A DNA stretch of 64,000 nt from Dehalococcoidia bacterium. Its GTDB lineage: Bacteria; Chloroflexota; Dehalococcoidia; Lucifugimonadales; Australimonadaceae. Shown here piece after piece: positions 8,624 through 17,414 of the stretch (its first letter is position 1; every line of letters begins with the position of its first letter). The position numbers and the translations under genes were made by a program. The stretch lies in contig OZ252088.1 of NCBI GenBank assembly GCA_965248065.1, forward strand, positions 1,740,773-1,804,772, given 5' to 3'. The notes under the pieces were generated by a model. It was not told the origin of the DNA and did no database searches. It saw only the letters and a list, made by a program, of their open reading frames with translations.

Positions 8624-9423
8624 TGACCGAGCTCACCGAACGCCTCGAACTTGCCGTGCGCCTCGTCCGCGAGGCGGGCGCCCACGCGATGACCTACTAC
8701 CAGGCCCAGGACATGGGCCTCGACTTCAAGCCCGACCGCTCGCCCGTCACGCGCGCGGACAAAGAGGGCGAGGAGCTCATCAGGCGCGCCCTCGACGCCG
8801 AATGCCCGGATGACGCCGTACTGGGCGAGGAGTGCGGGGAGAAGCAGGGCTCGTCCGGCTACAAGTGGCTCCTCGACCCCATCGACGGCACGGAGTCGTT
8901 CATACGGGGCGTGCCGCTGTTCGGCTGCATGGCGGCGCTCGAACAGGACGGCGAGGCGGTCGCGGGCGCCATCTGCTTCCCGGCCCTCGGCGAGATTGTC
9001 TATGCCGCGAGAGGGGAGGGCGCTTGGTGGGCGAACGGCATCGGCGCGCCCGCCGAGCCTCTGCAGCGCCTGCCGGCGCGGGTCTCGTCGGTGGCCGAGC
9101 TTGGGGGCGCGACGTTCTGCGCGACGGGACTCCACGATTTCGCCCACATCGGCAAGGCGGAGGGGTTCGCGCGGCTGCTTGGCGCTGTGGGTCGGGCGCG
9201 CGGCTGGTCCGACTGCTACGGGCACTACCTCGTCGCCACGGGCCGCGTCGACATCATGATCGACCCGCTAATGCACGTCTGGGACAACGCGCCGCTGCTG
9301 CCCATCATCGAGGAGGCCGGCGGGCGCTTCTCCGGCCTCGGCGGCGAGCACTCGATATACGCTCCCAACGCCATCTCAACGAACGGCCTTCTCCACGACG
9401 CCGTGCTGGCCCTGCTGGGGTAG
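8624..9423 (+). CDS. Inositol monophosphatase family protein (IMPase/HisN-like)
   Basis: Motifs LGEE, WLLDPIDGTESF and WDNAPLLPIIEEAGG are present. Confidence 0.85.
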
Positions 9424-9430
9424 GCGCTGA

Positions 9431-9991
9431 TTACAGCAGCCTTCCGAGCCACCGCAACCGCACGAGCCAATGCCACGAGTCCAGCACCACGTCCACGGCG
9501 CGGTAGTTGTCCAGCCATCGCGCGCCGTGCAGGGTGTACTCGTGCGCCTCCTTCAGCACGGCGACCGGGACGAGCCATGCCAGCGACCGCCGCCACGTCA
9601 GCTCGTATCCCGGCGCGAAGAGGCGCGCGCCCGCCACGAACACGAACCAGAACTCGAACACGTTGGGGAATGCGAGCAGCACCCAGCGGTTGCCCAAAAA
9701 CTCGAACGCCAGCACTCCCGCCATGCGGTATACGAACAGCGCTATGGCAATCGTTCGCGCAGGCCCTTGCCACCGCGTCGCGACCCATAGGAACGTCGCC
9801 ATGTACGCGAGGTCCAGCCACTTGTCGAACGCCTGGTAGTTCCGAACGCCGCCCAGGTCGAGCAGGTTCATCATGAAGAGGTCGGACAGGTCTATGGCGA
9901 TGGCGAACAGCGCGCCCGCGAACGCCCAGCGCAGGACGAGCAGCGCGCCCCCGACGCGCACGGCGGCGATGATCAGCTCCTCAGTGGTCAT
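9431..9991 (-). CDS. Hypothetical integral membrane protein
   Basis: 186 aa with about five hydrophobic spans. No family recognised. Confidence 0.5.
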   Translation of the reverse strand: MTTEELIIAAVRVGGALLVLRWAFAGALFAIAIDLSDLFMMNLLDLGGVRNYQAFDKWLDLAYMATFLWVATRWQGPARTIAIALFVYRMAGVLAFEFLGNRWVLLAFPNVFEFWFVFVAGARLFAPGYELTWRRSLAWLVPVAVLKEAHEYTLHGARWLDNYRAVDVVLDSWHWLVRLRWLGRLL

Positions 9992-10185
9992 GGGCGGGAG
10001 GATACGTCAGGCGGGAGGGCAGGGGAGGCAAGCCGGGTAGTGGTCTTTGCGTGTGGCCCATCGTGGCGGTGGAATCCCGGTTGGTGGCGAGCCTGTCGAA
10101 CCACGAGCGTGCCGTGGGCGCTCAAGCCGCTTTCCCGACGCAACGGGCGCGGACTGCGCTATCGTATGGGCACAGGAGGCGTGCA

Positions 10186-10626
10186 ATGAGACTCGACCTA
10201 TCACCGCTGGAGAACGCCATCGTCCAACTGGAAGAGGCGCTTCAGCTGTACGATTCAGATTTGGCGAGCCGCAATCCGCAGACGCCTCAACTGAAGAAGC
10301 ATCTCAGGGCCGCGGTGGTGCAGGCTTTCGAGTTCACCTACGAACTCTCGTTCAAGATGACCAAGCGTTGCCTCGAATCCATGTCTCCCAACCCCGCCGA
10401 GATGCAGCACGCCACGTTCGACGGCGTGATCAGGCAAGCCTACGGAGAGGGCCTGCTCCTCTCCGAGCTCACGGTCTGGCGGGAGTACCGAAAGCATCGC
10501 CGCATAACCAGTCACACCTATGACGAGGACAAGGCCCAGGTGGTCGTCGAGTGTGTTCCCGGCTTCCTTCAGGACGCGCTCTACCTTCTCGCCCGGCTCC
10601 ATGAGAGGAACGAGGCGGTTGACTAG
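10186..10626 (+). CDS. HEPN-type toxin, HI0074-family nucleotidyltransferase substrate-binding protein
   Basis: LENAIVQLEEAL..FEFTYELSFKMTKR..WREYRKHRRITSHTYDE carries the Rx4H HEPN motif. An AGGAGG RBS is present. Confidence 0.8.
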   Translation: MRLDLSPLENAIVQLEEALQLYDSDLASRNPQTPQLKKHLRAAVVQAFEFTYELSFKMTKRCLESMSPNPAEMQHATFDGVIRQAYGEGLLLSELTVWREYRKHRRITSHTYDEDKAQVVVECVPGFLQDALYLLARLHERNEAVD

Positions 10627-10942
10627 CTCCATCGACATCTCCGCCAGGCATCTCGATATGGTCCGCCGCGTTCTGCGGACGCATCTGCCTCAGGGCGTGA
10701 AGGTCTGGGTCTTTGGCAGCCGGGCCTGCGGCGCTGCGAAACGCTCATCGGACCTCGACCTAGCGCTCGAAGGCCCCGCAAAGCTCGACCGGAAGCTCCT
10801 TGCCGCCCTGGAGGATGCCTTCGAGGACTCGGACCTCCCCTATACCGTCGACCTCGTCGACCTCAAGGCAATCGGCGGCGCGTTCGAGCAAATCGTCCTC
10901 GCACAGCGAGTCCCCCTTGCCATGGATGTCAGCGCAGGCTAA
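10619..10942 (+). CDS. Minimal nucleotidyltransferase (MNT) antitoxin, HI0073-like
   Basis: VWVFGSRACGAAKRSSDLDLAL carries the GS..DxD motif. The start is uncertain: TTG at 10619 overlaps the HEPN stop, or ATG at 10601. Confidence 0.75.
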   Translation: MTSSIDISARHLDMVRRVLRTHLPQGVKVWVFGSRACGAAKRSSDLDLALEGPAKLDRKLLAALEDAFEDSDLPYTVDLVDLKAIGGAFEQIVLAQRVPLAMDVSAG

Positions 10943-11016
10943 GCCGGGTCGGGAGCCTCCCCTGCGCTTGCCCGTCGCGTTTGCCCGTCGTAGGCTAGCC
11001 TCGCTAGGAGGGGCGC

Positions 11017-11796
11017 ATGGACGAGCAGCGCAAACGTGAGCTGGCGGGCGAGATGAACGAGCTGGCCCAGCGCTTCTGGGCGGGCGAAGCGGAGATATGC
11101 CGCCGGTTCTGGGGCGAGCCGCGTTCCACCGACGAGCAGGCGCGATGGCTGCGCTTGCAGGTCTACAAGGAGATGTTCGGCTCCGGCCTCGCCGGGCACC
11201 CGGACGGCATCATCAGGGGTCTCATCGAAAGGCTTGCCCAGACCCTTCCGGAGGCGCAGACGAAAGCGCAGCGGGACGAGTTCGAGCGCGACATCCGCGT
11301 GCTGCGCGAGGAGTTCACCCACTACCGCCTCTTCGCCGACATCCTGGAGGACGCCGTCGGCGAACCCGTGCGCTTGGAGAAGCTGCGCGGCTGGCAGCTG
11401 GCGGAGGACGCCAAGCTCCAGCAGGTGCGCCAGTCCGCCCGCGAGGATATGGGGAGCGTCGGCGAGGCCGCCATCGGCTTCACCGAGGGCGGCGGGGCGT
11501 CGTTCTTCTACGAGGGCCGCAAGATCGGCGGCGACCCGCTCTCCGACCGGATTGCCGCCGCCTGCGCGATTGTCTTCGAGGACGAGACCGAGCACGGCGA
11601 GCACGGGGCGTCGGAGCTCGGCCACAGCCTGGACTCGGAGGAAGAGTGGGCCGAGGCGCGCGAGATCGTCGTGGCCATCTGCCAGCAGCGCCTCCGCATG
11701 CGCTACGAGATGTTCGGCCTTCCCGTAGACGAGGCGCGTATCGCCGAGATCACGGACGGGCGCATCGCGCCGCTCAACGTCTACGCCGCAGGCTAG
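11017..11796 (+). CDS. Ferritin-like / di-iron-carboxylate-type protein, paralogue A
   Basis: Candidate ligand pattern GEAE .. REEFTH .. FTEGGG .. EDETEHGEHG. RBS AGGAGGGG. Family not recognised. Confidence 0.6.
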   Translation: MDEQRKRELAGEMNELAQRFWAGEAEICRRFWGEPRSTDEQARWLRLQVYKEMFGSGLAGHPDGIIRGLIERLAQTLPEAQTKAQRDEFERDIRVLREEFTHYRLFADILEDAVGEPVRLEKLRGWQLAEDAKLQQVRQSAREDMGSVGEAAIGFTEGGGASFFYEGRKIGGDPLSDRIAAACAIVFEDETEHGEHGASELGHSLDSEEEWAEAREIVVAICQQRLRMRYEMFGLPVDEARIAEITDGRIAPLNVYAAG

Positions 11797-11825
11797 ACGC
11801 TCCGAAATCCGCCCAGGAGGGCGCC

Positions 11826-12599
11826 ATGACCACCGCAACCGCCGACGACCTGAAGAGCCGGATCCGCGCCGTGGGGCAGTGCTTCTGGGCCGGCGAGGCC
11901 GAGATAGCCCGCAACTTCCTCACCGCGCCCCACGAGCCACTGGACCATGTCCACTGGATCCGCCACCAGTGCTACCGCGAGCTGCGCGGCCCCGGCCTGC
12001 TCGCCCGGCCCCACAGCCGCACGCAGTGGATCATCGACAACGTGCGCGACCGTCTTCCCGCCGCCGAGACCAGGGAGGGCAGGGACACTCTGGAGTACCA
12101 GCTGGAGGCGTTGCGCCAAGAGTTCACTCACTTCCGGCTCTTCGCCGACATCCTGGAGGACATCACCGGGCAGCCGGTGCTGATGAAGGACCTGGACGGC
12201 CTGCGCCTCCCCGGCGACGCTCGCATCGAGGCGATGCGGAGCCGCCTCATCGCCGAGGACGAACGCCTGGCCCACATCGCCTACAACTTCGCCGAGGGCG
12301 GCGGCGCGGGCATCTTCCACGCAGGCGCGGCGCTTGAGGCAGACGATCCGCTCCTGCTCCGCATCAAGTGGGCGTCGCGGACCGTCTACGACGACGAGGT
12401 CGGCCATGGCGAGCACGGCGCGGAGAGCGTCGAGAACGAGCTCGACGACCCAGAGGAGCTAGAGACTCTCCTGCGGATGCTGATGGAGATATGCACGGAG
12501 CGGCTGCGGATGCGCTCCGAGATGTATGGGCTGGAGCCGGACGAAGCGCGCATCGCCGAGATTGCAGCGGGCATGATCGACCCGCTTCCGGCGCTCTGA
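11826..12599 (+). CDS. Ferritin-like / di-iron-carboxylate-type protein, paralogue B
   Basis: Collinear with paralogue A (FWAGEAEI, RQEFTHFRLFADILED, FAEGGGA, DDEVGHGEHGA, RLRMRSEMYGL..DEARIAEI). AGGAGG RBS and ATG at 11826. Confidence 0.6.
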   Translation: MTTATADDLKSRIRAVGQCFWAGEAEIARNFLTAPHEPLDHVHWIRHQCYRELRGPGLLARPHSRTQWIIDNVRDRLPAAETREGRDTLEYQLEALRQEFTHFRLFADILEDITGQPVLMKDLDGLRLPGDARIEAMRSRLIAEDERLAHIAYNFAEGGGAGIFHAGAALEADDPLLLRIKWASRTVYDDEVGHGEHGAESVENELDDPEELETLLRMLMEICTERLRMRSEMYGLEPDEARIAEIAAGMIDPLPAL

Positions 12600-13351
12600 T
12601 GGGGCGCTTCGAGGGCAAGACCGCGGTCGTCACCGGCTTCGGCTCAGGCATAGGTCAGGCCGCCGCCGTCCTCCTCGCCGCCGAGGGCGCAAGGGTCGTC
12701 GGCCTCTCCCGCAACGTCGAGGCGGGCGAGGCGACGCTCGCCGCGATACGCGAGTCGGGCGGGCAGGGGACGTTCGTGAGCACGGACATCCGGTCTTCGG
12801 AGGAGGTCGAACGGGCCTTCGAGCAGGCCGCCGCCCTCTACGGCGGGGTGGATATCTCAGTGAACGCCGCAGGCATCCGAGCCACGGGTTCCGTCGTGGA
12901 CCTTCCGCCCGAGCGTTGGAGCGACACCCTCGACACCAACCTCACGGGCACGTTCCTCGTGGCGCGGGCCGCGGTGCTGGACATGAAGCGGCGCGGCAGC
13001 GGAGGCGTCATCATCAACGTCTCCGCGATATCCGGCTTCCGGGGGCCGGCGGGACGCGCCGCCTACGGGGCCGCCAAGGCCGGCGTCCACAACCTCACCG
13101 AGGCGATGGCCATCGACCACGCCCGCGACGGCATCCGCGTCAACTGCGTCGCTCCCGGTCCCACGGCCACCCCCATGGTTGGCGAGATCACCCCGGAGGT
13201 CGAGGCGGCGATGGCGAGGCGCGTGCCGCTGGGCAAGATAGGCGAGCCGGAGGACGTGGCGGAAGCCATCGCCTTCCTAGCCTCCGACGCAGCCAAGCAC
13301 ATCACCGGCGCGATTCTGCCGGTGACGGGCGGGGCGCATCTGAACGGGTAG
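12599..13351 (+). CDS. Short-chain dehydrogenase/reductase (SDR)
   Basis: TGFGSGIG, NAAG and YGAAKAG motifs are present. The ATG overlaps the upstream TGA (TGATG). Confidence 0.9.
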   Translation: MGRFEGKTAVVTGFGSGIGQAAAVLLAAEGARVVGLSRNVEAGEATLAAIRESGGQGTFVSTDIRSSEEVERAFEQAAALYGGVDISVNAAGIRATGSVVDLPPERWSDTLDTNLTGTFLVARAAVLDMKRRGSGGVIINVSAISGFRGPAGRAAYGAAKAGVHNLTEAMAIDHARDGIRVNCVAPGPTATPMVGEITPEVEAAMARRVPLGKIGEPEDVAEAIAFLASDAAKHITGAILPVTGGAHLNG

Positions 13352-13393
13352 GGCTTGTTGCCCTCGACGCCCAACCAGCCTCATTACCTAAGC

Positions 13394-13424
13394 GAGAGGC
13401 CCCGGCGCACTGCCGGGGCCTCTC
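13394..13424. terminator. Bidirectional intrinsic terminator candidate
   Basis: 13-bp perfect stem GAGAGGCCCCGGC / GCCGGGGCCTCTC with a 5-nt loop, followed by TTGCTTG. It lies between convergent genes. Confidence 0.7.
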
Positions 13425-13455
13425 TTGCTTGATTGGCCGGGGGCTAGCGCCCCGC

Positions 13456-14538
13456 TTACACCCGGGGATCGCCTACAAATGCTTTGTAGTGGCCGCCTTT
13501 GGAGACGGGGGCGAGGCCGGTTACGGCCTTTTGCCAGGAGTCGCCGCCGTCCTCGGACCAGAGGATTTCGCCGTGGGACGTGGCGGCGAACACCTGTACG
13601 GCGTCGGCGGACTCCTCCAGCGTCATCGCCTCGATGCTTGGGACGAGCTTGTCCTCGAGGCCGGGCGCGCTCAAGACTTCCCAGGTCTCGCCGGCGTCGC
13701 GGCTGCGGGAGACGCGCGTCTCGGCGGCGCCGTCGCGATGCCAGTTGCCGGGGCTCTTCTGGCCGGCCGTGATCAGCATGTAGGACGGGTCGCTCGGCTT
13801 GAAGACGAGCTGGTCCGGGTAGCCGCCAAACTCGCTCCCTCTACTAAACACGTTGTCCCAGCTGGCGCCATCGTCCCGCGACAGCCAGAGGCCCTCGCCG
13901 CCGGTCACGAACATCCGCTGAGGGTCCGACGGGTTCGACACCAGCCGGTGGACGTCGTTGTACATGCCGGGAATCTCGGTGAACGAGTCGCCGCCGTCGG
14001 CCGAGCGGTAGAGGCCGCCCTGCTCGATGCTGGCGTACACCGTGCTCGTGTCGCCGGGGCGGAAGCTGATGTGCTTCAGGTGCGCGACGTGGGGCGGGCC
14101 GGGGAACCGCCACTCGCCGGTCTCCTGGGCGTGGAGGGCGGGCTTCTCCGTCCAGGTCTGTCCTAGGTCGTCACTGATGAACAGGTGGGCCGGCTCCGTG
14201 CCCGCGAACACGCGCGTCTTGCCGTCGACCTCTGCGACGGAGAGGCTGTAGATGTCCTGCTCCGTGATGCCGTCGTCGCGCTTCGCCCAGGTGCGGCCGT
14301 CGTCCTCGCTGGCGTAGACGCCACCGTGCTCGACGCCGCAGAACCAGACGCCGCTGCGGGGGTCTTGGACGAGCGCGTGGATGTGCAGCCCTTCCAGCGT
14401 CCGCTCCGTGGCCGTCCATCCCGCGCTGCCGCGCACGATCCGCACGACTCCGTCGATCGTGCCGATGAGCGCCTCGTCGCTGGGCGCGTCCGCCGACAGC
14501 ACCGTCGATCCGCCGCCGTGTGATACTGAGATAGTCAT
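13456..14538 (-). CDS. BNR/Asp-box repeat beta-propeller protein (paralogue of 469-1506)
   Basis: SEDDGRTW, SDDLGQTW, SADGGDSF, SRDDGASW, SRDAGETW and SEDGGDSW repeats are present. Confidence 0.8.
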   Translation of the reverse strand: MTISVSHGGGSTVLSADAPSDEALIGTIDGVVRIVRGSAGWTATERTLEGLHIHALVQDPRSGVWFCGVEHGGVYASEDDGRTWAKRDDGITEQDIYSLSVAEVDGKTRVFAGTEPAHLFISDDLGQTWTEKPALHAQETGEWRFPGPPHVAHLKHISFRPGDTSTVYASIEQGGLYRSADGGDSFTEIPGMYNDVHRLVSNPSDPQRMFVTGGEGLWLSRDDGASWDNVFSRGSEFGGYPDQLVFKPSDPSYMLITAGQKSPGNWHRDGAAETRVSRSRDAGETWEVLSAPGLEDKLVPSIEAMTLEESADAVQVFAATSHGEILWSEDGGDSWQKAVTGLAPVSKGGHYKAFVGDPRV

Positions 14539-14605
14539 CGTCTGCTCCTCCTATTCGCGTTCGGCCCGTCTTTGGCCAGAGTATTGCTTGAGCCGGGCCC
14601 CTGCT

Positions 14606-15865
14606 TTAGTGGTCGATCTTCCGCTCTTCGAGGACCTCGACCTTGTACTCGGTGTCGTAGGCCTCGGGCATCTCGATCTGGTGCGTCAGCTCGATCTGCT
14701 CGTGAGTCTTGGTTGACTCGTTGATGGCGAGGCCGACCTCCAGCGTCGCCATGCCCCACGCGCCGCTGTGGAACACCGGGCGGTCGAGCCTGACGGCGTT
14801 GAAGAGCTCCTCGAGCTCCTGGTCGCGGTGCAGCGGGTCGGAGTCGACGATGAGCTCGCTCAGGCCGTCGTCCGTGTACTTGTACAGTCCCTCGGGACCC
14901 TGCCGCAGCTCGCCGAACTCGCAACTTACGATGACGATGCCCAGGTCGTTGGGCTTCCACTGCTCCGGCCCGCGCTCCCTGCGGAAGATCGCAGACTCCG
15001 CTTCGCCGCCGATGCGAAGCGACAGCTTCTCGGCGTCCTCGGGGCGCGTGCCCGCCGACATCGCCTTGCGGATGCTGTTCCGCTCGCTAGGCGTGTAGCG
15101 CGTGTTCGCGTCCCCCCACGACACGAGCTCCGAAGCCACGAAGTAGCCGTAGCCGTTGTGGATGGCGACGCCGGTGACGCCGTTCTCGAACTCAAGAAAG
15201 ACGGCGTAGTAGCCGGGGATGGAGCGGTACTTCATCCACTGCCCGTAGGCCCCCCGCACGTTGCGCACCTTCCCGCCCGCGATGAGGCGGATGCTGTCGA
15301 TCTGGTGCGGCGTCTGCCGGTACACGAGGCCGCCGCCCTGGTTCGGGTCGAGCTCGTCCGCCGTCCGAGGGCGGATCACCCAGTCGGTGTAGGCGATGGC
15401 GTTGACGGCTCCGAGCTGGCCCAGCTCGCCGGAGGCGACAATCTGGCGCATGAGGCGGACGTGGGGCTGGAAGCTCTGGGTGTGCCCCGCGACCAGCTTC
15501 ACGCCGTTCTTCTCACAGGCCTCGACCATCTCCTCGGCCTGGCGTATGTCGAGGGCCATGGGCTTCTCGACAACCACGTGCTTGCCGTGGTTGGCGGCGA
15601 GGACGGTCATCGGGGCGTGGAACCGGTTGGGCGTCGAGATCCAGACGACTTCCACGTCCGGGTCGCGCACCAGGTCTTCAGCGCTCTCGTAGACGCGGGC
15701 CTCCTCGTAGCGCGCCTTGAACCGCGTGCGGACGTCCGGGTTGACGTCCGCGCCGGCGAACAGGTCGATGTAGGAGGCGCGCTCCATGGGCGGCAGCATC
15801 TCCGCCGCGCCGACTCCGATGCCGATCACTCCGAGTTTCAGTGGCTTTGCTTCAGTCGTGGTCAT
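14606..15865 (-). CDS. Gfo/Idh/MocA family oxidoreductase
   Basis: N-terminal Rossmann segment LGVIGIGVGAAEM.., then WISTPNRFHA and EKPMAL motifs. Confidence 0.85.
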   Translation of the reverse strand: MTTTEAKPLKLGVIGIGVGAAEMLPPMERASYIDLFAGADVNPDVRTRFKARYEEARVYESAEDLVRDPDVEVVWISTPNRFHAPMTVLAANHGKHVVVEKPMALDIRQAEEMVEACEKNGVKLVAGHTQSFQPHVRLMRQIVASGELGQLGAVNAIAYTDWVIRPRTADELDPNQGGGLVYRQTPHQIDSIRLIAGGKVRNVRGAYGQWMKYRSIPGYYAVFLEFENGVTGVAIHNGYGYFVASELVSWGDANTRYTPSERNSIRKAMSAGTRPEDAEKLSLRIGGEAESAIFRRERGPEQWKPNDLGIVIVSCEFGELRQGPEGLYKYTDDGLSELIVDSDPLHRDQELEELFNAVRLDRPVFHSGAWGMATLEVGLAINESTKTHEQIELTHQIEMPEAYDTEYKVEVLEERKIDH

Positions 15866-15889
15866 AACTCGCTCCCCTTATTCGTGCTC

Positions 15890-15968
15890 TTTCCGACTCG
15901 CTCGCGGACCGTCCCTTTCCGACCTCGCTCGCAGACGGCCCCCTCCCGACCTCCCCCGCAGACGGGGG
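15890..15968. repeat. Three degenerate tandem copies of a ~26-28-bp unit
   Basis: TTTCCGACTCGCTCGCGGACCGTCCC / TTTCCGACCTCGCTCGCAGACGGCCCCC / TCCCGACCTCCCCCGCAGACGGGGG. The last unit merges into an M2-type hairpin. Confidence 0.75.
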
Positions 15969-15983
15969 AGGGGTTCCTTCCGG

Positions 15984-17228
15984 CTAGACCGAGATTGGCG
16001 AGAAGTTCCTCGCCTCTCCGTAACGCTCATGCACCGGGACCTGGCGCCGCATCTGAATCTCGCGGCCCTCCGCTCCCGACTGGACAATGCCCAGCACGAC
16101 TTCCAGCGTCGCCAGCCCCCATTCGCCCGTGTGGAAGATGGGCCGGTCGTCGACAACGGCGTCGTATAGCTCTTCGAGCTCGGCCCTCCGGTAGCCGGGG
16201 CCCATATCGCGGTCGATCCGGAGGTCGATCTTGTGCGTGCCGCGGTCGTCATACAGGATCAGGCCTGCCGGGCCGTGGCGGATGTCGCCTCGCTCACAGC
16301 TTACGATGAGCAAGCCGAGGTCCTCGGGCACCCATAATTCTTCGTTCTCCGCCTTGAAGACCTCGCGCTCCTGCATCCCGCCGATGCGCAGCGCCTGCTT
16401 GTCGGCCGACTCGTCGCGGACGCCCTCCCGCATCTGCCGCCGCACCTCGACGCGCTCCTCGGCGGTGTAGCGCTGGCGGTCGTGGCCCCAGGTGACAAAC
16501 TCCGCGCCCATCACGTAGCCGTAGCCGTTGTGGCACACCAGCGACGTCGCGCCGTCCTCGAACTCCAGGAACGCCGCGTAGTAGCCGGGGATGGAGCGCT
16601 CCGGCATCCACTGGCCGGTGGCGCCGCGGACGCTCTTCACCATGCCGCCGCCCAGCAGCCTGACGCTGTCGATCTGGTGCGGGAGCTGGCGCATGGGCAG
16701 CCCTCCGCCTTGGGCCATATCGAGCTCCTCCCAGGTGCGGGGCCGGAGCATCCAGTCCGTGTAGGCGAAGGCGTTGATTGCCCGCGCCCGGCCAATCTCT
16801 CCGGACTGGACGATCTTCCACATCGTTCGGACGGGCGGGGTGAACGACCGCGTATGCCCGGCCAGGAACTTCACGCCTGTCCGGTTCGCCGTCTCCACCA
16901 TTTTCTCCGCGTCTTCGAGATTCAGCGCCATGGGCTTCTCGACGACGACGTGCTTCCCTGCCTCCATCGCCCGTATCGAGTGCTCCGCGTGGAACCGGTT
17001 GGGCGTCGACACCCAGACGGCCTCCACCTCCGGGTCCGCGAGCATCTCGTCGTAGTCGCCGTAGCCTTTCGCGTTGTAGCGCGCGCTGAACTGGTTGAGG
17101 GTCTCCTCGTTGATGTCGCATCCCGCGACCAGCTTGAGCTCGGGCATCGCCTCCATCGCCGGAAGCATCTCCGTCCCGCCGACGCCGATACCGACCATCG
17201 CCAGCCCCAGCCGCCTCTTACTCGCCAT
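15984..17228 (-). CDS. Gfo/Idh/MocA family oxidoreductase (paralogue)
   Basis: Collinear with 14606-15865 (LAMVGIGVGGTEM, WVSTPNRFHA, EKPMAL). ATG at 17228 with a GGAGGAG RBS. Confidence 0.85.
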   Translation of the reverse strand: MASKRRLGLAMVGIGVGGTEMLPAMEAMPELKLVAGCDINEETLNQFSARYNAKGYGDYDEMLADPEVEAVWVSTPNRFHAEHSIRAMEAGKHVVVEKPMALNLEDAEKMVETANRTGVKFLAGHTRSFTPPVRTMWKIVQSGEIGRARAINAFAYTDWMLRPRTWEELDMAQGGGLPMRQLPHQIDSVRLLGGGMVKSVRGATGQWMPERSIPGYYAAFLEFEDGATSLVCHNGYGYVMGAEFVTWGHDRQRYTAEERVEVRRQMREGVRDESADKQALRIGGMQEREVFKAENEELWVPEDLGLLIVSCERGDIRHGPAGLILYDDRGTHKIDLRIDRDMGPGYRRAELEELYDAVVDDRPIFHTGEWGLATLEVVLGIVQSGAEGREIQMRRQVPVHERYGEARNFSPISV

Positions 17229-17414
17229 CTCTCCTCCGTGACGCAAGAAGGGCGCGCCCGTCGCCTGCATCGAGCCGCAAGCGCTGCCGCGCAACTCTCG
17301 GAACCCTACATCAACGGGGATGGCCCCTCAACCGCCGCGTCAGGCCCTGCCTCTCGCGAGCGGGCCTCACCATCTCTGCGCCTATCCAGTCCGCCAGCCG
17401 CTATCATCTCTTCC

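Noticed and set aside
16482-17414. N-terminal extensions that turn real genes into 500-630-aa ORFs (16482-18380, 11097-12599, 7648-9225, 7798-9423, 469-1971, 52922-55279, 34974-36437).
   Set aside because: The extensions overlap neighbouring genes or repeat DNA and have arginine-rich nonsense composition. Internal starts with an RBS match the expected family lengths.
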